Positions 1 to 9,803 of a DNA stretch of 64,000 nt are shown one piece after another. Location: the NCBI GenBank assembly GCA_964646345.1, contig CAZYDU010000002.1:38802-102801 (forward strand), read 5' to 3'. The first letter of the stretch is position 1; every line of letters begins with the position of its first letter. The notes below the pieces were generated by a model that did no database searches, had not been told where the DNA came from, and was given only the letters and a program-made list of their open reading frames with translations. Origin of the DNA: an uncultured Lachnospiraceae bacterium (GTDB lineage: Bacteria > Bacillota > Clostridia > Christensenellales > UBA1242). A program made the translations under genes and the position numbers.

Positions 1-431
1 GCAACTATAATTGTATATACAATAACCAACCTTTTCATTCTTTTTGTATACTTTAAAGGTGTTTTTTGTTTTGCATTAAACAAATTAATAATAAACATTG
101 AGCAAAATAATAAGTAAAAGATAATGCTACAATATGTAAAAATATGCAACCTTCCAACAAAAAATTCTTCCAGGAGAACATTTGTTAAAGTCATTGAAAG
201 AACCGATAAAAAAGCCAACATAAAAAGCCTAGAAACATAAGAACACTTAGTTTCTTTAAACCATTTCAAATACGACTTAAATTTATAACCAGTTAATTGC
301 AACATTTGCAAAAGCCTATAACCCACAAAAATCATCAAAACAGTTGAAATAACTGCAATAACTGAAAACATTATCAAGTCAAATTTACTTTCAAACATAA
401 AAGTCGACAAAAAAGATACTCTATTAATCAT
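1..431 (-). CDS. Hydrophobic membrane protein, N-terminal part (gene continues past window start)
   Basis: Own translation. ATG at 431-429 is preceded by GGAG, and the frame is stop-free to position 1. The product (MINRVSFLSTFMFESKFDLIMFSVIAVISTVLMIFVGY...) is strongly hydrophobic. It is missing from the ORF track because it is truncated. Confidence 0.45.
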   Translation of the reverse strand, partial: MINRVSFLSTFMFESKFDLIMFSVIAVISTVLMIFVGYRLLQMLQLTGYKFKSYLKWFKETKCSYVSRLFMLAFLSVLSMTLTNVLLEEFFVGRLHIFTYCSIIFYLLFCSMFIINLFNAKQKTPLKYTKRMKRLVIVYTIIV

Positions 432-452
432 ATAAACTCCAACTAAATTTTA

Positions 453-1175
453 TTAGTTTTTCATGAATGTGTCAAGGATTATAACAAATTCTTCTTTTTT
501 TTCTAAAAAGCAAAAATGCCCAGCATTATCAATAACTTTTAGCTCAGAATTTACAATAAGCTTATTAAGTTTTTTCGCCATATACATTTTTGTTTCTTTA
601 TCATCTTTGCCCCAAATAATTATAGTCTTGCATTTTAAAAATTTTGCATAGCAAGACAAGTCTTCGTTGACAACATTTTTAAATGTCTCCTTCATAACCG
701 GACTTAATATTTTATAATCATCAGAACCAAAATCATTTAACTTATTCTTCAGTTTTTGATTTGTTTCAGCTTTCCTTTTTAGCCATTTATAATATTTAAC
801 TTTAAAATAATATCTCAATCCACGTCTTGGCTTAATCCCTGCAGAATCAACCAAACACAACTTAATACTTTTATATTCACTCTGATGGAAAAACAAATAT
901 TTTATTGCAACTCTACCGCCAAAAGAATGTGCAACAAAAGTTAATTCATCAATCTCAAAATTATTCAAAAGATTATATAAATTATTCACATAGTCGGATA
1001 CAAACATGGCATTCAAATTTCCTTTACTTTTGCCAAAGCCATAAAAATCCAAAAAAATAAGCGAATAATCATCAATAAAAAAGTCTTTTAACCAAAGAAA
1101 CGAATTTAAATCCGCACCCCACCCATGCAAGAAAACAATAAACTTTTTTGAGTTACCAAATTTTAAATAGTACAT
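453..1175 (-). CDS. Alpha/beta-fold hydrolase
   Basis: HGWGAD motif, nucleophile elbow AHSFGG (GxSxG) and a C-terminal NAGH histidine. About 240 aa, typical of small esterases. Confidence 0.8.
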   Translation of the reverse strand: MYYLKFGNSKKFIVFLHGWGADLNSFLWLKDFFIDDYSLIFLDFYGFGKSKGNLNAMFVSDYVNNLYNLLNNFEIDELTFVAHSFGGRVAIKYLFFHQSEYKSIKLCLVDSAGIKPRRGLRYYFKVKYYKWLKRKAETNQKLKNKLNDFGSDDYKILSPVMKETFKNVVNEDLSCYAKFLKCKTIIIWGKDDKETKMYMAKKLNKLIVNSELKVIDNAGHFCFLEKKEEFVIILDTFMKN

Positions 1176-1188
1176 ATTTTAAACATAA

Positions 1189-1650
1189 TCAATTTCTTTC
1201 CAATTTCATTAAAATAGCATCATCATCGCCATAATATTTTTTTCTTTCGCCATAGGAAATAAAACCAAATTTTTTGTACAATGAAATAGCCTTACTATTA
1301 ATTTTATTCACTTCCAAAAAAATTGTTCTAACATTCCTTTTTTCACAAAAATCCAAAAAGAATTTCATCAAAATATTTGAATAACCCTTGCCTTGAAACT
1401 TAACATCAATCGCAATTTCGAACAATTCAGCCTCATCTAGAACTATACTACATTCCAAAAAACCAACCAAATTTTCATCGACATATAACAAAAAATATTG
1501 CAAGGTTTCACTATTCAAACTAGTCTCAATAGAATCTGAATTTTGCACATCAAAAAATGTCTTTTCAATTTGAAAGACACTTTCTACATTTTCTTTTTTC
1601 AATTTTTCTATTTTGATTTTTTCCATACTACATTCTTTTTTCTCGTTCAA
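1189..1650 (-). CDS. rimI: GNAT N-acetyltransferase, RimI-like (ribosomal-protein-alanine acetyltransferase)
   Basis: GNAT acetyl-CoA motif (VKFQGKGYSNILM). It follows tsaE-tsaB as in the conserved operon. The true start is probably the ATG at 1626, abutting the tsaB stop. Confidence 0.75.
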   Translation of the reverse strand: MNEKKECSMEKIKIEKLKKENVESVFQIEKTFFDVQNSDSIETSLNSETLQYFLLYVDENLVGFLECSIVLDEAELFEIAIDVKFQGKGYSNILMKFFLDFCEKRNVRTIFLEVNKINSKAISLYKKFGFISYGERKKYYGDDDAILMKLERN

Positions 1651-2257
1651 TTTCAGCTTGAGATGCTCTTAAATATATTGGATAAATTTGATTAAGTTCC
1701 ACACTATCCCCAGAATTAATTTTTTCATTTAACGCAGAAATAATTATATTTTGAATGATTTTTGATTGAATTTCGTATTTTTTAAACATGTTTTGCGTTT
1801 TTTCCGTTGTAACATAAACAGGATAATTTGTCTTACTAATATCTTTAATTAAATCTTCAAGATCAATGCATTCGTCTTTAAAACAACCGTTTTCAGATTT
1901 TCTCGAATAAACAAAACTTGAAAAACCATCTAACACCATATAAAAATTTTCATGATTTTCTGCATCAAAAATATCAAAATTAGTAAGTGTAAAAACTTTT
2001 GCATTTGTTCCAATAGCAAGTCCTTTTGCTATAGAAATAGCAACACGAACACCAGTAAAAGAACCAGGCCCAACACACACACAAATGTTATCAATGTTTT
2101 TTATATTCGTTTTTGATTCAATCAATAAATTATCAATAATTTTTAAAATCTCATCAGAATGTTTATTTTGAGTTTTATCAACATAAGAAACAACTTTTCC
2201 ATCTAAATCCAAGTAAACACTCATTCCGCAAGAACAATCTAAAATTAAATTTCTCAT
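1628..2257 (-). CDS. tsaB: tRNA t6A37 biosynthesis protein TsaB
   Basis: GPGSFTGVRV motif and about 210 aa, located between tsaE and rimI. Confidence 0.85.
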   Translation of the reverse strand: MRNLILDCSCGMSVYLDLDGKVVSYVDKTQNKHSDEILKIIDNLLIESKTNIKNIDNICVCVGPGSFTGVRVAISIAKGLAIGTNAKVFTLTNFDIFDAENHENFYMVLDGFSSFVYSRKSENGCFKDECIDLEDLIKDISKTNYPVYVTTEKTQNMFKKYEIQSKIIQNIIISALNEKINSGDSVELNQIYPIYLRASQAEIEREKRM

Positions 2258-2685
2258 TATCTTTCAATCCTTATTTTTCTTTCATTTTCGCCTAGTTTAA
2301 TTATATCAACTTTTATTGCTTTCTTTGGAAAATATCCTTCTGCTCTTTCAGGCCATTCAACAAAACTAATACCATTGCCATAAAGATATTCTTCTGCGCC
2401 TATTGCATCAAGCTCACTTATATCATCAATTCTATATAAATCAAAATGATAAATTGGTGGAGTTGTTTCATAAACATTAACTATCAAAAAAGTTGGAGAC
2501 ACAGCAATAGTATTTCCATTCGAAAATTTATCAGTTACCGACTTAACAAACACAGTTTTTCCAGCACCCAAATCCCCATTCAGCAAAACAATATCGCCAA
2601 CATTCAAACTATCAGCAAAAGTGCTAGCAATATTATATGTATCATTAATTGATTTTGAAATAAATTCTTCTACCATTTTTATCAC
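2257..2685 (-). CDS. tsaE: tRNA t6A37 biosynthesis ATPase TsaE
   Basis: Walker A GDLGAGKT, SPTF and HFDLYR motifs, about 140 aa. Confidence 0.85.
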   Translation of the reverse strand: MIKMVEEFISKSINDTYNIASTFADSLNVGDIVLLNGDLGAGKTVFVKSVTDKFSNGNTIAVSPTFLIVNVYETTPPIYHFDLYRIDDISELDAIGAEEYLYGNGISFVEWPERAEGYFPKKAIKVDIIKLGENERKIRIER

Positions 2686-2726
2686 CCAAATTATTATAAC
2701 ACAATATAAACAAAAATAAAAGTAAA

Positions 2727-3392
2727 TTACAAAATATAACTTGTACCTATTCTACTTGCTCCAGCATTTATAAAATCAATAGCTTGTTCCCTTGACCTAA
2801 TTCCACCAGAAGCTTTAACCAAGCAACAACCTTTAACAGTATCATAAATTAACTTAACATCTTCTAAATTTGCACCAGACGTTCCAAAACCTGTTGAAGT
2901 TTTCACAAAATTAATTTTTGTTTGCATGCAAATTTTTGAAAGTTTTACAATCTCATTTTTATCCAAATAACACGTTTCAATTATTGCTTTAACAGTTTTC
3001 TTTTTTGCTAAAGCCCTAATCTTTTTCATTTCACTTTTTACGCAATCAAACTTACCTTGCTTAACCTTTCCAATATTTACTACAAAATCAATTTCATCAA
3101 CTCCATTATTTATCAATTCTTTAATTTCGGATAATTTAGTATTGGTTGTTGAAGCACCCAAAGGAAAACCAACAACAGCCACAACTTTTATAGCACCACC
3201 AAAATTCTTATTAATATATCCTTTAACATATGAAACATTGCATGGATTTACACAAACAGAATAATAGGAATGTTTGTAAGCAATATCACAAAGTTTCTCC
3301 AAATCAGATTCTGTTGCCCTTGCATCTAACAAAGTAAAATCAATTTTACTTTCCAGTGAAATAATTTGATTATCATTATTCATTCTTTTCAT
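2727..3392 (-). CDS. deoC: Deoxyribose-phosphate aldolase
   Basis: DeoC-length class I aldolase. Carries the VKTSTGF active-site lysine motif and ASGGIR near the C-terminus. Confidence 0.9.
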   Translation of the reverse strand: MKRMNNDNQIISLESKIDFTLLDARATESDLEKLCDIAYKHSYYSVCVNPCNVSYVKGYINKNFGGAIKVVAVVGFPLGASTTNTKLSEIKELINNGVDEIDFVVNIGKVKQGKFDCVKSEMKKIRALAKKKTVKAIIETCYLDKNEIVKLSKICMQTKINFVKTSTGFGTSGANLEDVKLIYDTVKGCCLVKASGGIRSREQAIDFINAGASRIGTSYIL

Positions 3393-3541
3393 AATAACCC
3401 CAAATATAGTTTATTTTGTATTATTTGAATAAATATTTATAAAATTATACATTTTATTTAAAAACGCAAATTTAATAAATTTTCTTTAAATTCATTAATA
3501 CTAATTTAATAAAATTAAATTAATTTGTCAACAATTAGAAT

Positions 3542-4360
3542 ATGGTTAAGACAAAAACAGCACTTATTTTTGATTCGTTATTTATTTCCTTTCTTACAAC
3601 CCTATTAATTTATATTTGGTGTAATAATAAAATAAAAAACGCAAATCTTCTCCATTTTATTCTAATTTTAATTAATATTATGCTATTTATTTTAATTTTA
3701 TTTATTTTATTAAAACACAATAATAAAAAATTATTTAAATCAAACAATGAAAAATTTTTAAATTCATGCATTAATTTTTTAATCCAATGCGACTATAAAT
3801 CCTACGATGAATTTATATGTAAGTTAATTGGTTGCAAGAAACTCTCAAACTTTTTTTATAAATATAAAAATCAATTTTTGTATATTAATATAAAAACAAA
3901 CCTTTCATCTCATGATTATTTTAGAGCTCAAGAACTATATTTTGAAAATAAATTAAGTGACGAAAAACTATTATTTATCTATAACACAAAAGATTCTTCT
4001 TTCGATGAAATTGTTAAAATTTCAAAATTAAATTTTTCACTAGAACCTAAAACAATTCTATTAAAATTAATGCAAGAAAAACAATGTTTTCCAATTAACA
4101 AAAAGGATTCAAATTCTCCTTCTCTTATACAAAAAATAAAATCTTCAATAAAAGCAAAATCTTCCACAATTACAAAATCACACTTCAAAGAAATATTTTT
4201 TACAAGTTTATCTTTATTATTTTTATCTTTGGTTGTGCCATTTTCCAAATTATATTTAATCACAGGAACAATTCTTTTGATTATTTCTTTAATTTCAATT
4301 TTCAAAAAAGACCTACCAGAAAAACAAAATGATTCAAATATTTTTGATATAAAAAAATAG
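3542..4360 (+). CDS. Hypothetical membrane protein
   Basis: TM segments at both N- and C-terminal ends. No recognisable family. Confidence 0.45.
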   Translation: MVKTKTALIFDSLFISFLTTLLIYIWCNNKIKNANLLHFILILINIMLFILILFILLKHNNKKLFKSNNEKFLNSCINFLIQCDYKSYDEFICKLIGCKKLSNFFYKYKNQFLYINIKTNLSSHDYFRAQELYFENKLSDEKLLFIYNTKDSSFDEIVKISKLNFSLEPKTILLKLMQEKQCFPINKKDSNSPSLIQKIKSSIKAKSSTITKSHFKEIFFTSLSLLFLSLVVPFSKLYLITGTILLIISLISIFKKDLPEKQNDSNIFDIKK

Positions 4361-4390
4361 GAAAAGTACACTTTCCTATTTTTTATTTTA

Positions 4391-6766
4391 TTAAGTTCTA
4401 AGTTCCAAACCATTGCGTTTAATATAATCTTCAAATTCTTTTCTGAAATTATCAATTTCTTCACCAGAAAGTGTATGATCAAGACTAGCTAAATTAAATC
4501 TTAATGTCATTGATTTTTTATCACCCAAAACTTCTTTATTTTCATAAATATCAACTAAGCTATATCCAACCATAATCTTAGATTTAAATTTTGCAAGTTT
4601 CTTGACTAGTTCAGCATAAACTAAATCTTCTGGAACAAGCAAATTATAATCAATTTCAACAGCTTGATATTTTGAAACTTGTTTAATCTTTTTTGAATAA
4701 ACAACAGTATTAGCTAATTTTTCAAAATCAATCTCCAATAAACAAACATTAAATCTTTTATCAATACTCTTTTTTACTTCTGGGTGCAAAATTCCAACCA
4801 CGCCATAATCATCAGTTCTTGATTTGATTCTAAATGAATTTACTGGGTGCAAATATGGTACAGTTTCTCCCATATCAAGTTCAACATCAACCCCCATCAA
4901 ATTTTTAGCTATATCAACATTAATCGTTTTCATTTCAAAGAATAAATCTTTTTCAGTCTTCTTTTGTGATGCAAGTAATATAGCAAGTTTTTTATTTTCA
5001 ATAGCTAAATTATCTTCAGTTAGCCCTGAAACAACTCTGCCAATTTCAAAAACACGAACATCTTGATAATTATTTTTATTTTCATCTAAAGTTCTAAGTA
5101 ATGTTGGCAATAATTCGCTTCTAATTCCACTTTGACCGGCATTTGAAGAATCCAAAAGAGACAAATAAGATTTTGTACTAACTTTATGTGCTTTATTGAA
5201 ATCTTCATAATTCCAAAGATACGAATGAATTTCATTTGCATCATATTTTTGTGCTAAAAACAACTTTGTTTCATATTCATATTCAATAGATTTTATTAAT
5301 TCTTGTGGTTTTGTGTCAAATGCAAGTGGTTTTGGCTCAATATTATCATAACCATAAAGTCTTGCAACTTCTTCAACCAAATCTTCTTTTATTGAAATAT
5401 CTTTTGTTGCTCTAAATGAAGGAACATCAATTTTTAGCATTTCGCCATTTTCTTCAACACCAAAATCTAGAGCTTTTAATGTTTTTATTATAAAATCTTT
5501 CGATATATCTGTTCCAACTATCCTGCCGATAAATTTAGGGTCAAGATTTATTGTAACCTTGTCATATTTTTTCTTATAATTATCCGATAATCTTGAACTA
5601 ACCTTTGCACCACTATCAATTTGTTTTAACAAATAAACAATTCTAGCAAGAGCTTTTGGTGTAAGTTCTGGGTCAAGAGACTTTTCATAACGCTGAGATG
5701 CATCAGTAATAAGCCCAATACCACGAGCTGTTTTTCTAATATTTTCAGAATCAAATACAGCTGCTTCAAATAAAACTGAATTAGTTTCATCAGTGATACC
5801 AGATTTAAGTCCACCTTTAACGCCAGCTATAGCAACAGGTTCTCCTGTTTTATCACAAATAAGGGTCGCACCTTTGGGTGGTTTATGTTCTTCCCCTTCT
5901 AATGTTTCCATTACAGTTTCCCCATCAGAAGATTTTACACAAATTCCATCAACAATTTTGTTATCGAAAGCATGCATAGGAAGCCCCAAGTCAAGCATTA
6001 CATAGTTTGTAAGGTCAGCAAGTAAGTTGATATCACGCATACCTGCATAAGTTAATCTAATAGCCATATCTCTTGGAGATTTTTTTACATTGATATTTTG
6101 CACACAAACACTTGAATACCTAAAACAATTATCAGTCTCTATTTTAATATCAACTTCTGGTAAGCTATTGTAAGAATCTAAATTTTCAACATTCATTCCT
6201 TTTAATGGACGATTAAAAATAGCTGAAAATTCACGAGCCAATCCATAGTGACCCCAAAGGTCAGGACGATTTGTGAGAGATTTATTATCAATTTCCAAAA
6301 CTACATCATCAACCGGCCAAACTTCTTTTATATCTTGCCCTATTACAACATCTTCTTTAATATCCATAATTCCAGTGTTGTCTGCACCAATACCTAGTTC
6401 ATCTTCAGCACAACACATGCCATTAGACTCAACACCAGCTAATTTGCATGGCTTGATTTTTCCAGCAATAACACTTCCACCTGGCAAGCAAACTGCTGTA
6501 ACCATATTTTCTCTAACATTTGGTGCACCACAAACAATTTGCAAAGTTTCACCACCAACATCAACTTGCAAAATATGCAAATGGTCTGAATTTGGGTGGT
6601 TTTCCACTTTTAAAATTCTACCAAAAACAACGTTTTGTATACTTTTTCCCTTTTCTTCAAAACCTTCAATTTCAGCTGTTGCGAGATTAAATCTTTTAAC
6701 AAGTTCTTCAGTTTCAATACCCAAAAGGTCAACATAATCATTAATCCAATTCATTGAAATATACAT
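4391..6766 (-). CDS. pheT: Phenylalanine--tRNA ligase beta subunit
   Basis: 791 aa with an N-terminal tRNA-binding OB domain, B3/4 and B5 regions, and a C-terminal FDX-ACB-like domain. Immediately downstream of pheS. Confidence 0.95.
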   Translation of the reverse strand: MYISMNWINDYVDLLGIETEELVKRFNLATAEIEGFEEKGKSIQNVVFGRILKVENHPNSDHLHILQVDVGGETLQIVCGAPNVRENMVTAVCLPGGSVIAGKIKPCKLAGVESNGMCCAEDELGIGADNTGIMDIKEDVVIGQDIKEVWPVDDVVLEIDNKSLTNRPDLWGHYGLAREFSAIFNRPLKGMNVENLDSYNSLPEVDIKIETDNCFRYSSVCVQNINVKKSPRDMAIRLTYAGMRDINLLADLTNYVMLDLGLPMHAFDNKIVDGICVKSSDGETVMETLEGEEHKPPKGATLICDKTGEPVAIAGVKGGLKSGITDETNSVLFEAAVFDSENIRKTARGIGLITDASQRYEKSLDPELTPKALARIVYLLKQIDSGAKVSSRLSDNYKKKYDKVTINLDPKFIGRIVGTDISKDFIIKTLKALDFGVEENGEMLKIDVPSFRATKDISIKEDLVEEVARLYGYDNIEPKPLAFDTKPQELIKSIEYEYETKLFLAQKYDANEIHSYLWNYEDFNKAHKVSTKSYLSLLDSSNAGQSGIRSELLPTLLRTLDENKNNYQDVRVFEIGRVVSGLTEDNLAIENKKLAILLASQKKTEKDLFFEMKTINVDIAKNLMGVDVELDMGETVPYLHPVNSFRIKSRTDDYGVVGILHPEVKKSIDKRFNVCLLEIDFEKLANTVVYSKKIKQVSKYQAVEIDYNLLVPEDLVYAELVKKLAKFKSKIMVGYSLVDIYENKEVLGDKKSMTLRFNLASLDHTLSGEEIDNFRKEFEDYIKRNGLELRT

Positions 6767-6777
6767 TTTTCTTCCCC

Positions 6778-7812
6778 CTATATCCTTGTTTTAAATTGAC
6801 TTAAAACCTTTAAGTTATTGCTATTTAAATATCTGATATCATCAAGATTTGTTCTAATCATAACAAGCCTATCAAATCCCAAACCAAAAGCAAAACCATT
6901 ATATTCTTCTGGGTCAATTCCAGCCATTTTCAATACATTTGGGTGAATCATACCACATGGGCAAAGTTCAAGCCAACCACTACCCCCGCAAGTATGACAA
7001 CCACGGCCTGAACAGAATGGGCATTTTGCGTCCATTTCATAACTAGGTTCTGTAAATGGAAAGAATCCAGGACGAAGTCTAACATCAATATCTTTTTTAA
7101 ACAACGCTTTTAACATTGCTTTTTCAAAATAGATAAGATTTGCAACGGTTACATTTTTCCCAACAACGACACCTTCAAGTTGGAAGAAAGTGTTTTCATG
7201 TCGAGCATCTAATGCTTCATTTCTAAATACTCTGCCCGGGAAAATAACTTTACAAACAGGTCCATAAGTTCTAAGAATTCTATTTTGAGCAGCTGAAGTT
7301 TGAGTTTTTAAAAGTTGTCCATTGTCAAGCCAGAAAGTATCTTGAGTATCTCTAGCTGGGTGATTTTTTGGAACGTTAACTGATTCAAAGTTATTGTATT
7401 CCGTTTCAACTTCTGCACCGTCTTCAACAACAAATCCCATATTTTTAAAAATGTCAACTACCTGCTTTTGAATAATAGTTCTTGGGTTAAGCGAACCTGT
7501 TTTTGTGTCAACTGGAAGCGAATAGTCAAACATTTTTGTGTGTTTGATTTCGTTTTGAATTTGTTTTTCTGCAAGATTAGTTTTAATGCTTTCAATATTT
7601 TCTTCAATCTTGTTTTTTAAACCATTAACTTTTTGCCCAAACTCTTTTTTAAGCTCTACAGGAACTTCTCTAAATTTTGCCATAATATCAGCAATAAGAC
7701 CCTTTTTACCTAAAAACTTCAATCTTAAATTTTCCAAAGCATTTAAATCTTCGACTGATTTTGAACTTTCTTGATACTCTTTTTCTGCATCTTCAATAAT
7801 TTTTAAATCCAT
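6778..7812 (-). CDS. pheS: Phenylalanine--tRNA ligase alpha subunit
   Basis: Class II aaRS motifs (FRNEALDARH, GFAFGLGFDRL), 344 aa, with a T-box leader upstream. Confidence 0.95.
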   Translation of the reverse strand: MDLKIIEDAEKEYQESSKSVEDLNALENLRLKFLGKKGLIADIMAKFREVPVELKKEFGQKVNGLKNKIEENIESIKTNLAEKQIQNEIKHTKMFDYSLPVDTKTGSLNPRTIIQKQVVDIFKNMGFVVEDGAEVETEYNNFESVNVPKNHPARDTQDTFWLDNGQLLKTQTSAAQNRILRTYGPVCKVIFPGRVFRNEALDARHENTFFQLEGVVVGKNVTVANLIYFEKAMLKALFKKDIDVRLRPGFFPFTEPSYEMDAKCPFCSGRGCHTCGGSGWLELCPCGMIHPNVLKMAGIDPEEYNGFAFGLGFDRLVMIRTNLDDIRYLNSNNLKVLSQFKTRI

Positions 7813-7825
7813 TATATTCTCCTTT

Positions 7826-8106
7826 TTGTAAAATAAAAATCTCTCGTATCCTTTTTATAAGGACGCCGAGAGACAACGTGTTACCACCTTAATTCGTGAA
7901 AAATTCACCTCATTTTGCCATAACGGAAGCATATCCCGAGATATATTTCTATATCCAGCTCCAGTGTCGAAATTCATTTATAGTTCCATTATTTTCGCTT
8001 CCAGCCCATGACGAAAACTCTCTAAAACTTTCCTATAAACTACTAAATCACCTTCGTAGCTTTTCATAAACAAAGTTATTTTATCACTAAAACCAACCTT
8101 TGTCAA
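7826..8106 (-). promoter_or_regulatory. Promoter plus T-box riboswitch leader (Phe) of pheST
   Basis: Read on the minus strand. The promoter is TTGACA (8106-8101), a 17-nt spacer, then TAAAAT. An AGAGAG box and GCUGGAA are present, with a candidate UUC specifier at 7971-7969. The T-box motif AATTAAGGTGGTAACACG lies at 7894-7877. The terminator stem TCTCTCG/CGAGAGA (7873-7840) is followed by a U-run. Confidence 0.85.
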
Positions 8107-8835
8107 TTATTGTTTTACTAATAAATCAGAAACTTTGCCAAAAGAATTTAATTTTTGCACAATAAACTCTTTATTTTGATAAAACATTTTATAACTACAA
8201 ACATCTTGATTTGTCTGAATAAGCTCAAAATTTTCTCCATTGATAGCCAAAGCACATAGTTCATCTAATCCAATAGCAACATAGTTTGATTTATTTTTCA
8301 TAATCCTTGGCATATCATCTTTTCTTCCAGAATTTGAAAAATGCGGAGCTAGAAAAATATCTAAAAAGCCTAAACCATTTGCCGATGTAAATTTATTCAT
8401 ATTTTTATAATGTCTTGAATCTGAACTCCCAAATCTAGACAAAATTATCGCACCTGCAGACAATCCCACTAATACTTTATTTTGGCTAACACTTTCTTTT
8501 AGCTTTTCATCAAGTTTAAATTTCTTAATCATCTGCATATATTGAATTGTATTACCGCCACCAAGATAAATTATATCCGTTCTTTTGAATTTACAATCTA
8601 TAGTTTTTTGATTGTCAAACTCGGTATAATTCAAATATTCACATTGAACACCTTTTTCTAACATATGCTTTTTAAGTGCTCCAAAAATACGATTAGCCCT
8701 AATATTAAACCCAACAAACAAAAGTCTTGGGTGCGACTTTTCTACAAGTTCCAATATTTTCTCATCAATTACATCAAGATTATATTCTTTTTCATGAATT
8801 CCAAAACTACCGCCACCAATCAATACTAGTTTCAT
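8107..8835 (-). CDS. Peptidase S51 family (dipeptidase E / cyanophycinase-like)
   Basis: Class I glutamine-amidotransferase-like fold signature GLSAGAIIL around the nucleophile serine. About 240 aa. Confidence 0.7.
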   Translation of the reverse strand: MKLVLIGGGSFGIHEKEYNLDVIDEKILELVEKSHPRLLFVGFNIRANRIFGALKKHMLEKGVQCEYLNYTEFDNQKTIDCKFKRTDIIYLGGGNTIQYMQMIKKFKLDEKLKESVSQNKVLVGLSAGAIILSRFGSSDSRHYKNMNKFTSANGLGFLDIFLAPHFSNSGRKDDMPRIMKNKSNYVAIGLDELCALAINGENFELIQTNQDVCSYKMFYQNKEFIVQKLNSFGKVSDLLVKQ

Positions 8836-8844
8836 TTTCAGCTC

Positions 8845-9138
8845 CTAAAATTCAATATGTTTTAAACCTTTCTTGTTTGACATTTTATAAAGGACAAACT
8901 TCCTACCAATAGAACAAACTTCTTCAGCTCCAAGTTTTTCAGCTGAATCATGCAAATAATCTTTAGCTGATAATTCAGCACCTTCAAGTACTGAAATCTT
9001 TACCATTTCATGAGCAAAAAGTTGATTTTCTATTTGCATTAAAACATTATCAGTTAGCCCATCTTTTCCAATAATAATCATTGTCTCTAACCCAGAAGCA
9101 ATGCTTCTTAATTTTGCTCTTTGTTTTGAATTTAACAT
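8845..9138 (-). CDS. yhbY: RNA-binding ribosome assembly protein YhbY (CRM domain)
   Basis: LNSKQRAKLRSIA...IIGKDGLTDNV...HEMVKI is the typical CRS1/YhbY pattern. Start placed at ATG 9138 with an AAGGAG RBS; the track ORF extends to 9174. Confidence 0.8.
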   Translation of the reverse strand: MLNSKQRAKLRSIASGLETMIIIGKDGLTDNVLMQIENQLFAHEMVKISVLEGAELSAKDYLHDSAEKLGAEEVCSIGRKFVLYKMSNKKGLKHIEF

Positions 9139-9148
9139 ACATTCTCCT

Positions 9149-9793
9149 TTATCTTTCGCCATTCCATTCGGCAAAAAATTCTTCCAAAAATTCTTTCATA
9201 TAAATAGTTCTGTTTTTAGCAATTTTCTTACCTTCTGATGTATTCATCAAATCTTCCAGCAGTAAAAGTTTTTCATAAAAATGATTTATCGTTGGAGAAT
9301 TAGATTTTTTATACTCATCTTTATTACGACTTAAATTTGGCTTAATATCTGGATTATAAATTTCTCTACCGTGATTTCCACCATAAGCAAAAGTCCTAGC
9401 AATCCCTATCGCACCTATAGCATCTAACCTGTCACTATCTTGAACCAACTGACTTTCAATAGATTCAGGCTTGCCATCATTTTCTCCAAAAGATACTTCC
9501 GAAATAACCTTGCAAATAAAATCAATTTTATCTTTATCATAACCATTATCAGTTAAAAACCATCTGGCATTATCTTTATTTTCGTGAGTCTCTGGCGATA
9601 TTTTTAAATCATCAACATCATGCAATATTGCACCAAGCAAACAAATTTCTCTATCTGCTTCTGGAGTATTACTTAACAAATATTCTGCATTTTTATAAAC
9701 TCTAAGCGTATGAAAGTAATCATGTCCGCTAGCTTCTCCGCTAAAAAATTCTTTTGCAAAATCTAAAGCTTTATCAATAATACTCTTTTCCAT
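9149..9793 (-). CDS. HD-domain metal-dependent phosphohydrolase
   Basis: H...HD...D pattern (YFHTLRV, ILHDVDD, DSDRLDA). Start placed at ATG 9793 with a GGGAG RBS, just after the obg stop. Confidence 0.75.
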   Translation of the reverse strand: MEKSIIDKALDFAKEFFSGEASGHDYFHTLRVYKNAEYLLSNTPEADREICLLGAILHDVDDLKISPETHENKDNARWFLTDNGYDKDKIDFICKVISEVSFGENDGKPESIESQLVQDSDRLDAIGAIGIARTFAYGGNHGREIYNPDIKPNLSRNKDEYKKSNSPTINHFYEKLLLLEDLMNTSEGKKIAKNRTIYMKEFLEEFFAEWNGER

Positions 9794-9803
9794 AATTTCT
9801 CCC

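Noticed and set aside
3979-4482. 167-aa minus-strand ORF overlapping the 3542-4360 membrane gene and the pheT 3' end
   Set aside because: It overlaps two better-supported genes and has low-complexity I/K/F/N composition. It is most likely a chance open frame in AT-rich DNA.
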